DNA from: an uncultured Bacteroidales bacterium
GTDB lineage: Bacteria; Bacteroidota; Bacteroidia; Bacteroidales; P3
DNA length: 64,000 nt
Reading direction: 5' to 3'
NCBI GenBank assembly: GCA_900316515.1
Contig: ONDE01000002.1
Span: forward strand, 139,947-203,946
The notes beneath the pieces are model-generated. The model saw only the letters and a program-made list of their open reading frames with translations, was not told the DNA's origin and did not search any database. Below are positions 1-9,346 of the stretch, in pieces. Within the stretch, counting starts at the first letter, position 1. Every line of letters begins with the position of its first letter. Made by a program: the position numbers and the translations under genes.

Positions 1-149
1 AAGTACAAATATTTTTCAATATGTGTAAAATATTTTTTATTTCTCTTCGTTAATTTGAAGAAAATATTGTAGTTACGGCTGAAAAAAAATTCATAACTTG
101 CAAATTTTGACCTTGAAATACAAACAATTTATCAACAAATAATCAAAAA

Positions 150-1457
150 ATGGAGCACATTGAAGTTAACGTGAAGCATGTTTTTGGCCATGTTTCAAAG
201 AATGAGATAGATGCACTTCTCCCCGAGGTGCTTGATGCCAAGCATCATCTGCTGAAAGGCGATGCGGCTGGCAATGACTTCTTGGGATGGGTAAACTTGC
301 CCGAAGAAATTGATGCCGACATGTTGGCGCGACTGAAAGCCGATGTTGCTCGTCTCGCAGGCAAGAGTCGCTTGATGGTGGTGATAGGCATCGGAGGCTC
401 GTATCTAGGTGCCCGCATGGTTATTGAGGCCCTGCAGTCCGAGTTCGCCGCCATGCAACGTGGCAAAGCCCCTTACATTGTCTATGCAGGACACACCCTC
501 GGTGAGGATTATTATAGCCAGTTGCTGTCTCTTCTGGAGCACGAGGACTACAGCGTGGCCGTTATCTCGAAGAGTGGCACAACTACCGAGCCCGCTGTCG
601 CTTTCCGTATCGTTAAGGCTCATCTGGAGCACAAATACGGTCGCGACGAAGCCTCGAAACGTATCGTGGCCATCACCGACGCACGTCGTGGTGCATTGCA
701 CGAGATTGCAGTCCAAGAGGGTTATCCGATGTACGTTATACCAGATAATGTCGGTGGGCGCTTCTCCGTGCTAACTCCAGTGGGTCTGCTTCCTATTGCA
801 ATGGCTGGTTTTGATATTGACAAATTGCTGGCTGGTGCACGTGACATGCGTAAACTGTGCATCGCCGACGACACTCTCGAAGGCAATCCCGCTCTGATGT
901 ATGCCGCTGTGCGCAATGCACTGTATCGCAAAGGTAAGAAGGTTGAGATGCTTGTCAGTTGTTTGCCTAACCTGCGCTATCTCGCCGAATGGTGGAAGCA
1001 GTTATATGGCGAGAGCGAAGGCAAGGATGGCAAAGGCCTGCTGCCGCATAGTCTGAGTATAACCACCGACCTGCACTCGATGGGCCAGTATGTACAGGAT
1101 GGTGAGCGATTGATGATGGAGACTATGCTACGTGTACGTCGCCCCAACACCACGGTAGACGTTCCTCGCGACGAGCAGAACCTCGACGGCATCAACTACC
1201 TCTGTGGAAAGAGTCTTACCGAGATTAACGATTGTGCCGCCGAAGGAACTATCGAGGCACATGTCTCGGGCGGCGTACCCGTTGTGGAACTTGTTGTCGG
1301 TAGTGTCGACGAGTATACTCTCGGTCAGCTGATATACTTCTTCGAATTCGCTTGCGGCATAAGCGGCTACACCTTGGGGGTTAACCCCTTCGACCAGCCG
1401 GGCGTCGAGGCATATAAAAAGAATATGTTCCGCCTGCTGGGCAAACCAGGTTTCTAA
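150..1457 (+). CDS. pgi: glucose-6-phosphate isomerase
   Basis: The 435-aa ORF carries PGI/SIS motifs (VVIGIGGSYLGARMV, ISKSGTTTEP, YGESEGKDGKG). It appears full length. Confidence 0.9.
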   Translation: MEHIEVNVKHVFGHVSKNEIDALLPEVLDAKHHLLKGDAAGNDFLGWVNLPEEIDADMLARLKADVARLAGKSRLMVVIGIGGSYLGARMVIEALQSEFAAMQRGKAPYIVYAGHTLGEDYYSQLLSLLEHEDYSVAVISKSGTTTEPAVAFRIVKAHLEHKYGRDEASKRIVAITDARRGALHEIAVQEGYPMYVIPDNVGGRFSVLTPVGLLPIAMAGFDIDKLLAGARDMRKLCIADDTLEGNPALMYAAVRNALYRKGKKVEMLVSCLPNLRYLAEWWKQLYGESEGKDGKGLLPHSLSITTDLHSMGQYVQDGERLMMETMLRVRRPNTTVDVPRDEQNLDGINYLCGKSLTEINDCAAEGTIEAHVSGGVPVVELVVGSVDEYTLGQLIYFFEFACGISGYTLGVNPFDQPGVEAYKKNMFRLLGKPGF

Positions 1458-1484
1458 TACCCTAGTAAACACACTTAAACCAAA

Positions 1485-1523
1485 GGGCACCTGAGCATGA
1501 TATTGCCGGGTGCTCTTCGTTTT
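1485..1523 (+). terminator. possible pgi terminator hairpin
   Basis: GGGCACC (1485-1491) pairs with GGTGCTC (1509-1515), including one G-U pair, and is followed by TTCGTTTT. The 17-nt loop is long, so this call is weak. Confidence 0.3.
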
Positions 1524-1544
1524 ATGGTGTCTTTCAATATTTTA

Positions 1545-1574
1545 TTTGTTATATTGAAAAAAAGTGTATATTTG
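1545..1574 (+). promoter_or_regulatory. Bacteroidetes-type promoter (-33 TTTG, -7 TATATTTG) for the giant surface-protein gene
   Basis: TTTG at 1545-1548 and TATATTTG (TAnnTTTG consensus) at 1567-1574 are separated by 18 nt. The boxes lie about 90 nt upstream of the ATG at 1666. Confidence 0.45.
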
Positions 1575-1665
1575 CACTAAGGTAAGTATTGCATCATTGT
1601 GTGTAAGATATTATGTGTGATAGTGTTGCAGTATATTGAGTGCCGTTAGTTTATCTAAGGTTCAT

Positions 1666-4600
1666 ATGATATTTCGCTTTACACCGACACTCCGTGTTGC
1701 AGCCTTGTTGGGTTGCCTGATGATGCGTGTTGGCGTTATGTCACAGAATATCACGGTGTCTTCTGCCGTGGGTCAGCAATTGGAGTCTTTTTTAAATGCT
1801 TATTTGGTCGGCAATGGTGTGACGGTGAGCAATGCAATGTTCAACGGAACTGTCGGTACTGTGGTGACAGACCATATAGGCACCTTCTCATCCAACGGAT
1901 TCGCCGGGCTCTCAATGGATGCTGGGGTATTGATGACCACCGGTTGTATTTCCGTGGCTCAAGGTCCTAACAATGCCGATGGCGCCTCCTCTGCGCAATG
2001 TGGCTACTTTAGCGACAGCCAGCTCCAACCTCTCGCTAGCGATGTCATCAATGGCTGTGCCACGCTCGACTTCGACTTTATGTGTAATGCCACTACCGTG
2101 GAGTTTAACTATGTGTTCGCCTCAGAGGAATATCCAGAATATGTATGCTCTGAATTTAACGACATCTTTGCATTCTTCATCAGTGGCCCCGACCCTGAAG
2201 GTGGCACGATGAATCGAAATATTGCCATTATCCCGGGCACAGTAACCGTTGAAAATCCCGACGGCGTCGTTGTTGCCATCAACTCCGTGAATCCTGGAAC
2301 CGTTACCAATAGTGGATGCTATTCGCAATACTCTCAGTATTACAACTCAAATCCTTCTGGTAATGCTGGCATCCAGTATGATGGATATACCGTCAAGCTC
2401 ACGGCTACTGCCAATATAGTGCCAGGCGCCACATATCACATGCATCTCTCTATTTGCAACGTGGGCGACAACCAATTCGATAGCGGTGTTTTCTTGGAGG
2501 CCAACAGTTTCGCACCGCCAATACACGAACTCATCGTTAACGGTGAATACAGTCAGTCACACAACCAAGAAGTCACCATCTGCCTCACCGACACTGTGCA
2601 TCTGGCCACCAGTACCACGGGTGTCGATACCACGGTGTTGTGGATTATCGATGGTGTGCCACAGGCGGACATGGGCATGGAGCTCAACCATCATTTCACC
2701 ACCACTGGCGACCATACGGTTGTCGCTCTGATGCATGGTTTGTGCTACCCAGCGTGGTGCGACACGCTGACAGCTCTGGTGCATATTTTTGCCCCTTCGG
2801 CCGAAGAACTTACTATGGTAACTTGCGACGAGAGTGTGGAGTTCCACGGACAAACATTCTCCGAAACTGGCGATTACAGCGTGATAAAGACTATGGCACA
2901 AGGCTGCGATAGCGCCTTCAACCTCCACCTGACGGTGAATCATTCAAGTAACAGTGTGGTGACAGAAACTGTGGTGGAGAACCAATTGCCTATTGTATAT
3001 AATGGTCATACTTTCACTGGCCCTGTCGAGCATGCCACTATAGTTTTGACCAACTCTCAGGGCTGCGACTCGACCATAGATTACTCTCTTTACGTAAACT
3101 GGAACGTGGGAACGTTTGTCGACAGCACTGTGTGTGCCGATGCTCTGCCCGTGCATTGGAACGGCTTGAATTTCAACACCGCCGGAACACAACAGGTAGT
3201 GATGCAAAGTTCCTCCGGTGCCGACAGCACTGTTACGATGACATTACATGTGAACCCAACATACAGCATCCTTCTGCAGGAGACAATCTGCAACAATCAG
3301 AGTTGTACCTTCGAGGGCGATGTGTTCACCGTGCCGGGCACATATATCTCATACTTTACGTCCATTGCTGGATGCGACAGTGTTAGGACATTGACGCTCA
3401 TGGTTAACGATACAACGATCCACCATACTACAGTTAATGTATGCGACAGTTATACATGGCATGGCTCTACTTATACCACTTCGACCGAAGACGCTTTAAT
3501 GGTCGGCCCTAATTCAGTCGGCTGCGACAGCACCGAATATCTGCATCTTATTGTCCGACATAGTACCGAGCGTGAGTATTTCGACACCATAGTCGAGAAT
3601 CAGTTGCCATATCTTTTTTGCGGAACTACGTTCACTGCCGATGCCTCAGGCTCAGTATTCCACACAACCAACACGCAGGGCTGCGACAGCACAATAACGT
3701 ACTCTCTCAAGGTATGGTGGAATACGACATCGTTGCTCGACACCACAGTGTGCGACGACGCTTTGCCGCTGCAGTTCAATGGACATACATTTGCCTCGGC
3801 AGGCGTGTCGGTTGACAGTCTTTACACTACTCATTTTGCCGACAGTGTCGTAACAACCACAGTGTATGTTAATCCGACATATAGCATCGTCGTCGATGCT
3901 TCTATCTGCGACAACGAGATCTACTCATTCGAAGGTACAACGTATACCACTGCAGGCAGCCATCCACATCTCTTGGTCAGCAGCCTCGGCTGCGATAGTG
4001 TGCGTATCCTGATGCTGCAAGTGAGGGCTACTACCGTAGGCGACACCTCCGCCAACGAGTGCGACCAGTTTGTATGGTACGGCATCAACTACACCATGTC
4101 GGGCGATGTGGCGACTCATCTGTCTACAAATGCCGCAGGTTGTGACAGCACCACGACACTGCACCTCATGCTTCGTGGCAGCACCGAGTCGGCTTATATG
4201 GACACTGTCGTCGAGAATCTCTTGCCACGTATGTTCAACGGGACTTCCTTCACTGACAGTATCAGCCACGCAACGGTGACCATAGCCAATGCCGCTGCTT
4301 GTGACAGCGTAATCGATTATTCGCTATTTGTGCATTGGAACCGCGACACGGTGTTAGACAGCACAGTATGCAACGATATGTTGCCGCTGACGTGGACGCA
4401 AAGTCTCGGATCTGCGAGTGTGCCTACGGTCTACGATACCACCCTTGCAGTGTCGGCTACCATGGTGCGCACCGTTGTCATCCCGACGCATGTGGGCAGC
4501 GACAGTACCATTACTATGCGCCTGCTGGTGCATCCCCTCTACGACCATCACCTCTCGGTAAATATATGTGACAATCAGAGCTACAATTTCGGAGACAGTC

Positions 4601-6762
4601 TGTTCAACGGAGTTGCGTCGCATATCGACTATACCGACAGCCTGTATTCCATCCGCGGATGCGACAGTCTGTCGACGTTGCATCTTGATATCTGGCCCAC
4701 CTTCGACCACCATCAGTACGACACTGTGTGCGCCAATCAGTCATACACATGGGGCACGCCGCAAAGGATTATGGTGCCGCCGGCGAGCATCACGTTGTGG
4801 CTGCATGGGTCTGATAGCGCCGAGGTTGAGACTGTGGCGGTGACCGACACCATGTTTACCGACCACCTGTCCTCGGTTCATTCGTGCGACTCTCTGTCGT
4901 CACTCCACCTGAGACTCCTGCCAGCTTACGACCTGCACTACCGCGACACCATGTGCGACGCCGGTTGGCAGAGCGGCCGCACTCCAGAATGGCAAAGCCG
5001 CAACTACAGTTTCGAGACTGCCACCTATACCGTAACAGGTAATTACCAACACCAGCTCTCCACACTTGCCACAACTCAGCGCCCGCTTGCATGTGACAGC
5101 ACAAGGACGTTGCACCTAAGGGTATACCCGACATACGATATGCACTTTTACGACACCATATACGACGGCGATACCTATACTTTTGAACAGGTACTCTACG
5201 ACACCACAGGTGTTTATCCGCGTAGGTTCGAGGCCGTTTATGCCTGCGACTCCCTGCGCACTTTGCACCTGCAGCGCAACCGCCGCACGTATGTCGACTC
5301 GGTGATTTGTCAGAATGCCTTGCCGTTGACTTGGCACCACATGCGTGGCAACACCCCGTTGCACACAGTGTTCCAAGAAGGTGACGGAGTGCGCGGTGCC
5401 GAATGGCAGACTATCAAGGATTCCGTGCATCTGCTGGGACTCGACAACATCGATTCTTTGGTTGTCATGACCGTCATCGCCCGCGATACATCGGCTACAT
5501 TCGATGTGCAGCACAGTTGCGACTCACTGATATGGCGCAACGGTGTGACCTATACCTCTTCAACTGCAGAACCATGGGTGCTTCTGCAGAATCATTGGGG
5601 ATGCGACAGTGTGCGCCATCTCGACCTCACGGTCGATTACACCAGTTGGTATACCGACCGACAGGTGGTGTGCGACAGCATGGAGTGGATAAACGGTGAG
5701 TGGTATTATAGCGACACCATCGGTACAGCAGGTCCGCTTGGCAGTGGCTTTGTTGTCGGTCCTGTCGACACTCTTGTCACCAAAGGTGGCTGCGATTCTG
5801 TAGTCAGCCTCGACCTAAGAGTACATTATTCTGTTTTCACCGCTGCGGTGGACACTTTCTGCTATGACGAGACTTATACATGGCACGACTTTTCGGTGCA
5901 CAGCGACGATGAGTATTCCACTATCGACTATCACCTGACGGACACGCTGCTCACCGTGTGGCAGTGCGACTCGGTAGTGGGCCTCCTGCTCACCAAACTG
6001 GCCAAACCGACCATCATTTTCGATTATGACATCGATTGCGCCAACCTGTGGTATAACCTCAGCGTTACTACAGATGTCGGTTACAGCATCTGGTCGTCAG
6101 ACCCATTCGACCCAATGCTCGACGGACAGGAACAGCAACGGCAGATACGGGTGTCGCCCGAGTCCACAGGCGATTATATGATTTATGTTGCTTACCACGA
6201 CGGTCTTCGTTGTCCCTTGACCGACCAAATAACCTTGCGCAAAATCACCATCCCCACGGCACAAATCCATGTTACCCCCGATGCATTGTCGTATAAGAAT
6301 TTGGAATTTAATGCATACGATATCTCAGAAGAATACACCGAGCGGGTATGGTATGTCGATTGGTTACCGCAAAGCGAGACTTCGCGTAAGCTAGTCACCG
6401 AGGCAGATATTCTTGCCGATACCGTAACCGTTGCACTCAGTGTATTCAACAGTCAATGCTGGGACACAGTCAGTCAACGTTTGCCTATTCGTAAAGTGGT
6501 GGTGTTCGCCCCCAATGTATTCACTCCCGACCAAGAAGACAATAACCGTTTTGTCCTTTCCGTGCAAGGTGTGATTGACGGCGAACTGAGCATTTACAAC
6601 CGTGAGGGACTCTTGGTCTATCGCACCAAAGACTTCACAGGCGAAGGTTGGAACGGTGAAGGATGCCCTCAAGGCGGCTATGTGTGGAAACTGGAATACC
6701 GTGGCATAGACTACCCAGCGGCCAGTCAGGTCGAGGTGGGTACAGTACTCCTTTTAAAATAG
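1666..6762 (+). CDS. giant secreted/surface protein with an N-terminal choice-of-anchor-L-like domain, Cys-containing GCDS repeat modules and a C-terminal T9SS type-B sorting domain
   Basis: The tracked ORF 1636..6762 starts at TTG, so I prefer the ATG at 1666 (MIFRFTPTLRVAALLGCLMM, signal-like). The N-terminal region reads EEYPEYVCSEFNDIFAFFISGP ... NVGDNQFDSGVFLE. There are at least 15 [GAS]CDSxxxLxL modules. The C-terminus (NVFTPDQEDNNRF...GYVWKLEY) matches the gliding-motility/T9SS type-B CTD pattern. Confidence 0.8.
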   Translation: MIFRFTPTLRVAALLGCLMMRVGVMSQNITVSSAVGQQLESFLNAYLVGNGVTVSNAMFNGTVGTVVTDHIGTFSSNGFAGLSMDAGVLMTTGCISVAQGPNNADGASSAQCGYFSDSQLQPLASDVINGCATLDFDFMCNATTVEFNYVFASEEYPEYVCSEFNDIFAFFISGPDPEGGTMNRNIAIIPGTVTVENPDGVVVAINSVNPGTVTNSGCYSQYSQYYNSNPSGNAGIQYDGYTVKLTATANIVPGATYHMHLSICNVGDNQFDSGVFLEANSFAPPIHELIVNGEYSQSHNQEVTICLTDTVHLATSTTGVDTTVLWIIDGVPQADMGMELNHHFTTTGDHTVVALMHGLCYPAWCDTLTALVHIFAPSAEELTMVTCDESVEFHGQTFSETGDYSVIKTMAQGCDSAFNLHLTVNHSSNSVVTETVVENQLPIVYNGHTFTGPVEHATIVLTNSQGCDSTIDYSLYVNWNVGTFVDSTVCADALPVHWNGLNFNTAGTQQVVMQSSSGADSTVTMTLHVNPTYSILLQETICNNQSCTFEGDVFTVPGTYISYFTSIAGCDSVRTLTLMVNDTTIHHTTVNVCDSYTWHGSTYTTSTEDALMVGPNSVGCDSTEYLHLIVRHSTEREYFDTIVENQLPYLFCGTTFTADASGSVFHTTNTQGCDSTITYSLKVWWNTTSLLDTTVCDDALPLQFNGHTFASAGVSVDSLYTTHFADSVVTTTVYVNPTYSIVVDASICDNEIYSFEGTTYTTAGSHPHLLVSSLGCDSVRILMLQVRATTVGDTSANECDQFVWYGINYTMSGDVATHLSTNAAGCDSTTTLHLMLRGSTESAYMDTVVENLLPRMFNGTSFTDSISHATVTIANAAACDSVIDYSLFVHWNRDTVLDSTVCNDMLPLTWTQSLGSASVPTVYDTTLAVSATMVRTVVIPTHVGSDSTITMRLLVHPLYDHHLSVNICDNQSYNFGDSLFNGVASHIDYTDSLYSIRGCDSLSTLHLDIWPTFDHHQYDTVCANQSYTWGTPQRIMVPPASITLWLHGSDSAEVETVAVTDTMFTDHLSSVHSCDSLSSLHLRLLPAYDLHYRDTMCDAGWQSGRTPEWQSRNYSFETATYTVTGNYQHQLSTLATTQRPLACDSTRTLHLRVYPTYDMHFYDTIYDGDTYTFEQVLYDTTGVYPRRFEAVYACDSLRTLHLQRNRRTYVDSVICQNALPLTWHHMRGNTPLHTVFQEGDGVRGAEWQTIKDSVHLLGLDNIDSLVVMTVIARDTSATFDVQHSCDSLIWRNGVTYTSSTAEPWVLLQNHWGCDSVRHLDLTVDYTSWYTDRQVVCDSMEWINGEWYYSDTIGTAGPLGSGFVVGPVDTLVTKGGCDSVVSLDLRVHYSVFTAAVDTFCYDETYTWHDFSVHSDDEYSTIDYHLTDTLLTVWQCDSVVGLLLTKLAKPTIIFDYDIDCANLWYNLSVTTDVGYSIWSSDPFDPMLDGQEQQRQIRVSPESTGDYMIYVAYHDGLRCPLTDQITLRKITIPTAQIHVTPDALSYKNLEFNAYDISEEYTERVWYVDWLPQSETSRKLVTEADILADTVTVALSVFNSQCWDTVSQRLPIRKVVVFAPNVFTPDQEDNNRFVLSVQGVIDGELSIYNREGLLVYRTKDFTGEGWNGEGCPQGGYVWKLEYRGIDYPAASQVEVGTVLLLK

Positions 6763-6764
6763 TC

Positions 6765-7193
6765 TTAGAAAGGAAGATCTCCTATTGGCTCGGTATCTGC
6801 GTTGAGAATATCGATAAGGGGATTGTTGCGGTTGTTGTCGTCGTTCTGCTGGCGCTTCGAGAGCAGCAGCAAATTGTCGGCCACCACCTCGGTGACATGG
6901 CGTTTGTTGCCCTCTTTGTCCTCCCAGGTACGGCTCTGCAGTCGCCCTTCTATATATATTTGTGAGCCTTTGGTCAATATACGCTCTGCAACGTCGGCCA
7001 AGCCTCGCCAACACACTATATTGTGCCATTCGGTTATTTCTACTCTTTCGTCATTGCGGTTGCGGCGATACTCTGTGGTGGCCAAGGGGAAGGAAGCCTT
7101 TTTCACAGGAGCGGCCCCTTCTGAGGGGAAAGTTACTACATCGGGAAGTCTGCCCACATTTCCTACAAGGATTACTTTGTTTACACCAGTCAT
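6765..7193 (-). CDS. ssb: single-stranded DNA-binding protein
   Basis: The 142-aa ORF has an OB-fold SSB signature (NKVILVGNVG...TEWHNIVCWRGLAD...IYIEGRLQSRTWEDKEGNKR) and an acidic tail ending DLPF. Confidence 0.9.
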   Translation of the reverse strand: MTGVNKVILVGNVGRLPDVVTFPSEGAAPVKKASFPLATTEYRRNRNDERVEITEWHNIVCWRGLADVAERILTKGSQIYIEGRLQSRTWEDKEGNKRHVTEVVADNLLLLSKRQQNDDNNRNNPLIDILNADTEPIGDLPF

Positions 7194-7420
7194 ACTTTTT
7201 TTCGTTGGTTCGTGATACTTTATGTTGTCGAAAAATTAGAATGCGAAAGTACTAAAATAATTCAAAATGGCCAAATAAAGATATCCACATGAGGTATAAC
7301 TACCTGAAAAAACTATGTTAAATGCCCAAATGCCTTTATAATTAAAATGTTGATATATAACAATGTATGTTTAACGAAATGTTAAAAAAAATTAAAATCC
7401 GGCTTGCGGATGCAAAATAT

Positions 7421-7451
7421 TTTGCCAGTATGAAAAAAGGTAGTACTTTTG
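7421..7451 (+). promoter_or_regulatory. Bacteroidetes-type promoter for rpmB
   Basis: TTTG at 7421-7424 and TACTTTTG (TAnnTTTG) at 7444-7451 are separated by 19 nt. The boxes lie about 55 nt upstream of the rpmB ATG. Confidence 0.5.
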
Positions 7452-7504
7452 CACCTCGTTTCGACAAAAAAATAACGTAATAAAACAACAAAAATTATAC
7501 TACA

Positions 7505-7744
7505 ATGTCAAAGAAATGTGAAATCACCGGTAAGAAAGTAATCGTGGGCAACAACGTGTCGCACTCCCGTATCCACACCAAACGTACCTTCGCCCCCAAT
7601 CTGCAGACCAAGAAATTCTACATCCCCGAAGAGGATATGTGGATTACCCTCAAGGTCTCTGCCAAAGGTATGCGCATCATCAACAAAAAAGGCATCATTG
7701 CCGCCCTTAACGACGCTGCCGCCCAGGGTCACCTGATGTTCTAA
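7505..7744 (+). CDS. rpmB: 50S ribosomal protein L28
   Basis: The 79-aa ORF (MSKKCEITGKK..GNNVSHS...KRTF.PNL) is a typical L28. Confidence 0.9.
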   Translation: MSKKCEITGKKVIVGNNVSHSRIHTKRTFAPNLQTKKFYIPEEDMWITLKVSAKGMRIINKKGIIAALNDAAAQGHLMF

Positions 7745-7862
7745 GTCCTTTTGGCCGGATGGCCAAAATGACAAACGTCATGGATTCCTGATGTTCTAAA
7801 CCAGAAGACATACAGTCTTAAATAAATTAGTATTAACCCTTAACAAGAAAGAGGTATTAGCA

Positions 7863-8060
7863 ATGATCGTAGTTCCCATTAAAGAAGGTGAAAACCTTGA
7901 GAGAGCTCTGAAGAAGCTGAAACGCAAATTCGACAAAACCGGTGTGGTGAAAGAGATGCGCCGTCGTCAGCAGTTCACCAAACCCAGTGTCATCAACCGC
8001 GAGAAGCATCTTAAGGCCATCTACGTCCAGCACCTGCGTCAGCAAGAGCTCGACAAGTAA
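7863..8060 (+). CDS. rpsU: 30S ribosomal protein S21
   Basis: The 65-aa ORF shows the S21 pattern (ERALKKLKRKFDKTGVVKEMRRRQQFTKPS). Confidence 0.88.
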   Translation: MIVVPIKEGENLERALKKLKRKFDKTGVVKEMRRRQQFTKPSVINREKHLKAIYVQHLRQQELDK

Positions 8061-8108
8061 GCCTGAGCATGGAGCTCCCACTGTAGGAGCAACGCCATTG
8101 AAAAAGTG

Positions 8109-8145
8109 ATCCCCTGCAGCTTTCCAACTGCAGGGGATTCTTATT
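8109..8145 (+). terminator. rho-independent terminator after rpsU
   Basis: An 11-bp perfect stem, ATCCCCTGCAG (8109-8119) with CTGCAGGGGAT (8128-8138), has an 8-nt loop and is followed by TCTTATT. Confidence 0.6.
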
Positions 8146-8221
8146 CCCTAGCCAATAACCGTCACAACAGCATGTCTCTATCACCGTCTGTCGCAAGTGA
8201 TACGGTTATGCGAAGTAGTCT

Positions 8222-8886
8222 CTATTGCAAACTTTTCAGCCACTTCTCCACTTTGGCTTTGCCTGTGCGGACTTCGTGACCATAGATGGGAAAGCCTTTG
8301 GTGACCGTGGCCTTGGGGAAGGCTTTCTTCACGTCGCTGACACAGTTGGCCAGGCCGCTGCCCTCGTGGGTGGTGAAGGGGATGACGGTCTTCCCGGCAA
8401 GGTCGATGTCCTTGAAGAGCGTGAACATCACCTGCGGGATGTGCGCGACCGGAGTGGAGCGAACGTCATTAACAGGTGCCCCACCACACGGGGCCGCCGA
8501 TGAAGACGGTGTCGTACTGCGAGAGGTCGGGGGCAGCGCCTTCGTATGGCGGCAGTTCGCCCTTGTTGGCCTCTTCCTGCGCGAGGTTGATAAGCGGCAT
8601 ATAGGCCATTCCGTCGTACTTGTGGGTGACGATCTCGTACTGGTCGGCACCGGTGATTTCGCTGATGTAGTCGGCCACAATCTTGGTGTTGCCGACCTCA
8701 ATGTTGCCCACGCTGTAGTTGTCGCCCGCGTGGGAGAAGAAGATGACTATTTTGTTCATTGTTTTATTGTTTGATTGCGTTATTGCGTTAGTATTCTCTT
8801 GCTTGCTTTGTGCGTTGCAGCCCGACGAGGCCAGGAAGAGTGCAAAGGCCGCGAGGGTGGTAGGTAAAAATCTGTTTTGCGCTCAT
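8222..8886 (-). pseudogene. flavodoxin-like lipoprotein gene disrupted by two +1 homopolymer frameshifts
   Basis: Three collinear pieces sit in different frames. Piece 1 is the ATG at 8884-8886. Piece 2 is a lipobox signal peptide (RFLPTTLAAFALFLASSGC) in frame with the flavodoxin core MNKIVIFFSHAGDNY...GGPVWW (8469-8759). Piece 3 is the C-terminal VMFTLFKDIDLAGKTVIPFTTHEGSG...WLKSLQ down to 8222. Removing one A from the A4 run near 8874 and one G from the G4 run near 8480 would restore a single ORF. Confidence 0.7.
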
Positions 8887-9043
8887 ATCGGTAGTTCTGT
8901 TTGGGGTTGATTTTCTTGTAAATCGTTGATGACTAAATATATTCCGCACATTCACCCTCACCGGTTTCCGACTGCAAAGATACGAACATTCCGCCACACG
9001 GCAGTTTCACATTTTACGCCAATTCTTTCACAAATCACCACAA

Positions 9044-9087
9044 TAAAAACGACGAGGGCGGCCCCGCCATCCGGCGGGGCCGCCCTC
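9044..9087 (-). terminator. strong GC hairpin terminator (minus-strand orientation)
   Basis: A 15-bp perfect stem, GAGGGCGGCCCCGCC (9054-9068) with GGCGGGGCCGCCCTC (9073-9087), has loop ATCC. On the minus strand it is followed by GTCGTTTTTATTG. Confidence 0.55.
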
Positions 9088-9346
9088 ATTACAGTTCGTT
9101 TTCGAATCAGATTTCCTCCGCCGTCTCTGTCTCCGGCGTGGGTTCCTCGTCCTTTTTCGCAATATTGTTTTTATTCAGCGGTGCTCAAAGCCGTTCCCGT
9201 TTGGTCAGGCAGGCCGCCCTTCTTGCGGCTCTGCTGGTATTGCAGGTCGATTTTCGCCAGGTCGGCGTTGTAGTACGGCGGCGGCCTCGACAATTTCCTT
9301 GTTGTGCGGCAGCGACGAGGCGCAGAAGACGGAGATATTCATAATA

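Noticed and set aside
8926-9344. Plus-strand ORFs 8926..9273 and 9138..9344 in the gap between the flavodoxin-like gene and the lipoprotein gene
   Set aside because: Their translations are Pro/Arg/Ser-rich with no family resemblance. The region is better explained by the minus-strand remnant ORF plus its terminator.
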